Below are positions 37,440-41,638 of a DNA stretch of 41,638 nt, one piece after another. Source of the DNA: Octopus bimaculoides (taxonomy: Eukaryota). Under the pieces are notes generated by a model. It was not told where the DNA came from and made no database searches. It saw only the letters and a program-made list of their open reading frames with translations. The position numbers were made by a program, and so were the translations under genes. The stretch is from NCBI RefSeq assembly GCF_001194135.2, contig NC_068989.1:65460432-65502069 (forward strand), in the 5' to 3' direction. Numbering within the stretch: position 1 is the first letter of the stretch; the number at the start of each line of letters is the position of its first letter.

Positions 37440-37760
37440 GCATATGTTTAGGTTGTTCCGCTATTGTTGTAAATTTGTGAGTTCAGTCATTGAAACTTGC
37501 TGTACGTTTCGCACTTGAGAAGGCACTTTCTTTCACGTTGATCCACTCTACTTAGCTGTAAATGAGTACCCATCTTCTTTCAGCTGCCACATCCCGTATA
37601 TTCCATTCGTTCAAGTGTGTGTGTTGGGAGGTGTTCCTATGTTTGCTCGTGACTACATAGGCACCTAAGGAAATTACAGAAAGCATGGGACTTGTTTGCA
37701 AGCAATACACGCTTGTCAGTGAAAGCTGACGGTATTACACAGCCCTCCCAGGTTTAGTAC
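37440..37760 (+). mobile_element. Possible old SINE of another family
   Basis: gtgagttcagtc B-box-like motif followed by cttgagaaggcactttc...tccactctacttagctgtaaatgagtacc, a typical SINE central-domain motif; single decayed copy. Confidence 0.4.
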
Positions 37761-39281
37761 TACTTAAATACAGCTACGTGAATTGACAATACTTTTGATA
37801 AATTGCTTTAAAAATGATGTTGATGATAATGGTCAGGGAATGTTGGATTATTCAGAAACGTTGTCACCGGATAATTTACAGCAGGGTTTAAGATGTATTG
37901 TATATTATCGTGAGAACAAGTGTAACAGAAAATAAAGAAAAAAAACTGAAAATTTTACTCCTAGATTTTAAAACTTTATTCTTGTAAATCGTGTTTATGT
38001 TACACACCAGGATAGTAATTTACACAATTATTCTAAAAGATTTAATCTCTCTAATGAATAAAAGATTAGAGAGTCGGCTAATACTATAGAAATTATCAGA
38101 ATAAGTCATATGACCGTTACAAGTTACCTTAAAAAAAGACCTATTTTTTCAAATACCTTTCTGTAATACTTTGGCATACAACTTGGAACATAATAAGTAA
38201 ATAAATGCATGCATGCATACATAGTTAAAACACAACGGCCAAAGAAAAGATATATTCTGTTTTGGAAATCAGCTGTCCTCTGTACTCAAGTGTGGTTAAA
38301 AAATACAAGAGAAAGAGGACATCTGTTGACCATTCATAAGAGGTTTCCAAATCCAGTACCCAAGATACTCTTTCACCTTAATGCGTATTATTATTTTAGC
38401 AACAAGATACACACCAACCCGTCTGGTGCTGAACTTGGGATCTTGGGGAGACAATACAAATCCTTAAAGCATATGCTACAAATGATCGCGATATCTGAAA
38501 CTATAAAAATACGCAAGACCTCCTTAAGATTTAAAGGATGACGGTTAAAAGAAGATACTTTCCTCCACAACCTCCCTAGCAAGTAGGTGGCCGGCCAAAA
38601 TTTCCTCTATAATTAAAAAGAGAAAGAGAACATGCATACATACACTTAATCATGCATTCATTCTTGTCACTTATTCATTCATTCACTTTATAAAAGACAC
38701 GGTGATGATCACTTGGCGAAAATTACAGGGTGTTACACAAGTTGCTTCACAATATATGGCAGTGTCAGTTTTTGTGTAGTGCGTTAATAACCTTCCTAGA
38801 TCTCTTCTATCCAATAGACTGTGATGAAAAAGAAATCTATACCAGACATATACGGGTATTGATTATATCGATTGTATCTGCATTCTACAAATATCTGATC
38901 TCTATAATTACGTTGCTGTTGTGTAGTCATGGGTCGATGATGATGGAGCTGAACTACTCTACGATTTATGCAATTCAGCTGTGAACATTATAACATTTCA
39001 GTCAAAATTCATCCAGGATTTTGAGCACCGATTATTTGCTTCCATTTTTAAGATGATGTTTTAGTTGCTATTTCTTGCAATTACTGTGACTCTACGCATC
39101 CTTCCATGCTTTGCGGTATATATAAACAATTTAAAATGAAAAGTTAAATTAAAATTTAAAATTTAAACTGCGTTTTGAGTATGTAATTTATTGTATGTAA
39201 TTATATGGTGCAGGATGTGTCGCTAGATTGTTGTGATAAATAACATTTCCAGTATACTCTATCGTGTGTATCAATTATTTC

Positions 39282-39313
<32 letters not shown>

Positions 39314-39629
39314 NNNNNNNNNNNNNNNNNNNNNNNNNNNNNNNNNNNNNNNNNNNNNNNNNNNNNNNNNNNNNNNNNNNNNNNNNNNNNNNNNNNNNNN
39401 NNNNNNNNNNNNNNNNNNNNNNNNNNNNNNNNNNNNNNNNNNNNNNNNNNNNNNNNNNNNNNNNNNNNNNNNNNNNNNNNNNNNNNNNNNNNNNNNNNNN
39501 NNNNNNNNNNNNNNNNNNNNNNNNNNNNNNNNNNNNNNNNNNNNNNNNNNNNNNNNNNNNNNNNNNNNNNNNNNNNNNNNNNNNNNNNNNNNNNNNNNNN
39601 NNNNNNNNNNNNNNNNNNNNNNNNNATAA

Positions 39630-40841
39630 TTGAAAAAGGAGGACGGGATAAACTATCTGCATCAACTTGCTATAAATGCAGGTCGTAATTTTACCTTGCC
39701 TTAATCTTAGTACAAGTTTTGAAGAGTGCAGTCCGATTTCAACAGTTATTTTTTTAAAGCTATAATGGAAGCGACAAAGTAGCATATTTTGCTTTATGAA
39801 TTCAATAAAGGCAACAACGCAACGGAAAGTGCGAAGAATATTAATGCAGTATGTGGGGATCGGATAATAAGCGTAAGCCAGTGTCAGCGGTAGTTCTAGG
39901 AATTCCGAGCCGGAAACTATAGCCTAGAAGACGAGCCTCGTCCTGGAAGTTCTGTAGAGCTCGACAAAGACGTCCTGCGAACCGAGGTGGAACAGAACCC
40001 ATCGTAACTGTCGAAGAACTAGCAGCGAGACTTAGATTTCGTCATTGAACTATTCATCGACACCTGCTTGCCATCGCAAAAGTCAACAAATTGGGTCAGT
40101 GTGTTCCTCACAAACTTTCCGAGTCTAATCGAGCGCAGAGTGTGAATGTGTGCTCTTCTATGCTGTCACATTTCACAAATGAATCTTTCTCGGATCGAAT
40201 AGTAACTGCGGACTAGAAATGCGTTCTCTACAAAAATGTCGAGCGCCGAAGACTGTGGGTAGGGAAAGGAGAAACACCGGCAACCCAGGCTAAAGAAGGT
40301 CTTCATCGACGTAAGTTGTTATTATCTGTTTGGTGGGATATGAAAGGTTTAGTCCACTTTGAAATTTTAAACCCAAACCAAACGGTAACAAAGGAAATCT
40401 ACTATGAGTAGCATGAGCGGCTTAATCAGCGCTAGAAGAAAAACGGCCATCTTTGGCTTCACGACGAAAGATATCTTTGCATCAGGATAATGCTTGGCCA
40501 CATAAAGCGCGGGTGACATTCGAAAGGTTGGAGCTGTTTGAATGGGAAACGATTCCCCACCCACCATATTCACCGGACATTGCCCCATCTGATTATCATT
40601 TCTTCCGCAGTATTCAAGACATAAGAATTCAGTTGACGAAGTCAGAACAGTACTGGAGGAGTATTTTTCGTCACGGACAAGTGAATTTTGGAAGAGGGGT
40701 TTTACAAATCCATCAGATAGGTGGAAAAGCATTGTAGAAAATGACGGAGACCATATATTAGGTTAGAAAAGAACTTTGTTTATCTTAATTTTGAAAAATA
40801 AAAGTATAAAAGATTCCGTATCATTTATGGGCTGACCCAAT
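39630..40841 (+). mobile_element. Near full-length dead mariner (DD34D) transposon; transposase pseudogene 39765-40766
   Basis: HILLYEFNKGNNATES (HTH), CVPHKL, IVTAD*K, VWWD, HQDNA and HPPYSPDIAPSDY with 34 residues between the second and third D; multiple stops and frameshifts; right TIR ccgtatcatttatgggctgacccaat; left TIR probably in gap 39314-39625. Confidence 0.97.
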
Positions 40842-41303
40842 GAATATAAATAATCCCTGCTATTTATGAACATTAGAAATCTGTTGTAATATTACAGCAT
40901 TTATTTGTTATTATCATATAAGGTTGTTTTTCAGTAGTGAATGAAATGGTCTTCAGTACATCAAACACATTTTAAGAATAGAACCATTTAGATTTCAGCT
41001 CTGTTTCAATTTACCAATCCGTAGCAATAAGGAAGTCTACTATGTAGATTAAATAATAGGAGTTTTCATTTTAATGTGGCCGAAATATATTTTGCAGTGA
41101 TAAAATGAATTAATAATATGACTTACTTTCATCTGTAGCAGACAATAAAACACTTAAATAATGTTACTTGTCACTTATTTGGTAATGTAAATATTCTCTA
41201 AAGCAAAATACCACCATTAATATATAAAGACTTGTTTCTATGTGAACAAACGCTGGCATTAGTCTAATTAAATACAAAATATTCTGCGACCCCATGACTG
41301 GTC

Positions 41304-41501
41304 TTTTCTCCTTTACTTGTTTCAATCATCTAACTGCAACCATGCTAGAACAACACCTTGAAAAGTTTTAGTGATATAAGAGCTTATTTTTTTAGGCCTA
41401 GTACATATTATATCGTCTCTTTAGCCGAACCGCTAAGTTACAGGGATGTAAATACACGAACACCGGTTGTCAAGAGGTGGTAGGAGGAGCAAACACACAC
41501 T

Positions 41502-41570
<69 letters not shown>
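41304..41570 (-). mobile_element. SINE family B, 3' half running into (CA)n
   Basis: tttacttgtttcaatcat...gccgaaccgctaagttacaggg...caccggttgtcaag. Confidence 0.85.
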
Positions 41571-41571
<1 letters not shown>

Positions 41572-41638
41572 ACAAAAGACGAAGACAGGTGTATGAACAA
41601 CAAGCAGGTGTATTGTTTGACGCTCGGGAAGGTGAGAA

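Noticed and set aside
38725-39035. Tc1-like TIR start tacagggtg
   Set aside because: No matching right TIR or transposase motif was found.

Overview
AT-rich eukaryotic genomic scaffold with 8 N-gaps, saturated with microsatellites and short retroposons. The repeat families match my recollection of octopus (Octopus sp.) SINEs, so the species call is inference. I found no rRNA, true tRNA, CRISPR array, operon or recognisable named gene, and most of the supplied ORF track is microsatellite or gap artefact. Supported content: (1) about 22 copies of a ~210-bp tRNA-derived SINE ('family A'), 14 of them co-oriented head-to-tail with trinucleotide linkers at 0.1-6.6 kb; (2) a ~400-bp tRNA-head SINE with an internal TA/TG microsatellite ('family B', about 9 full or partial copies); (3) a young full-length SINE ('family C') with a perfect 11-bp TSD, nested in a family A copy; (4) three dead mariner relics, one near full length with DD34D; (5) a 474-bp TTAA-flanked MITE-like foldback with 84-bp TIRs; (6) a convincing minus-strand terminal coding exon (4944-5268) with a PLDLS (CtBP-type) motif, which joins in phase to three small upstream exons to give an unrecognised 150-aa basic protein; (7) a second probable minus-strand terminal exon (21109-21283) and weaker plus-strand exon candidates. 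All gene models are hand-built and unverified. I see no clearly new biological system; the best leads are the orphan PLDLS protein and the microsatellite-seeded SINE train.
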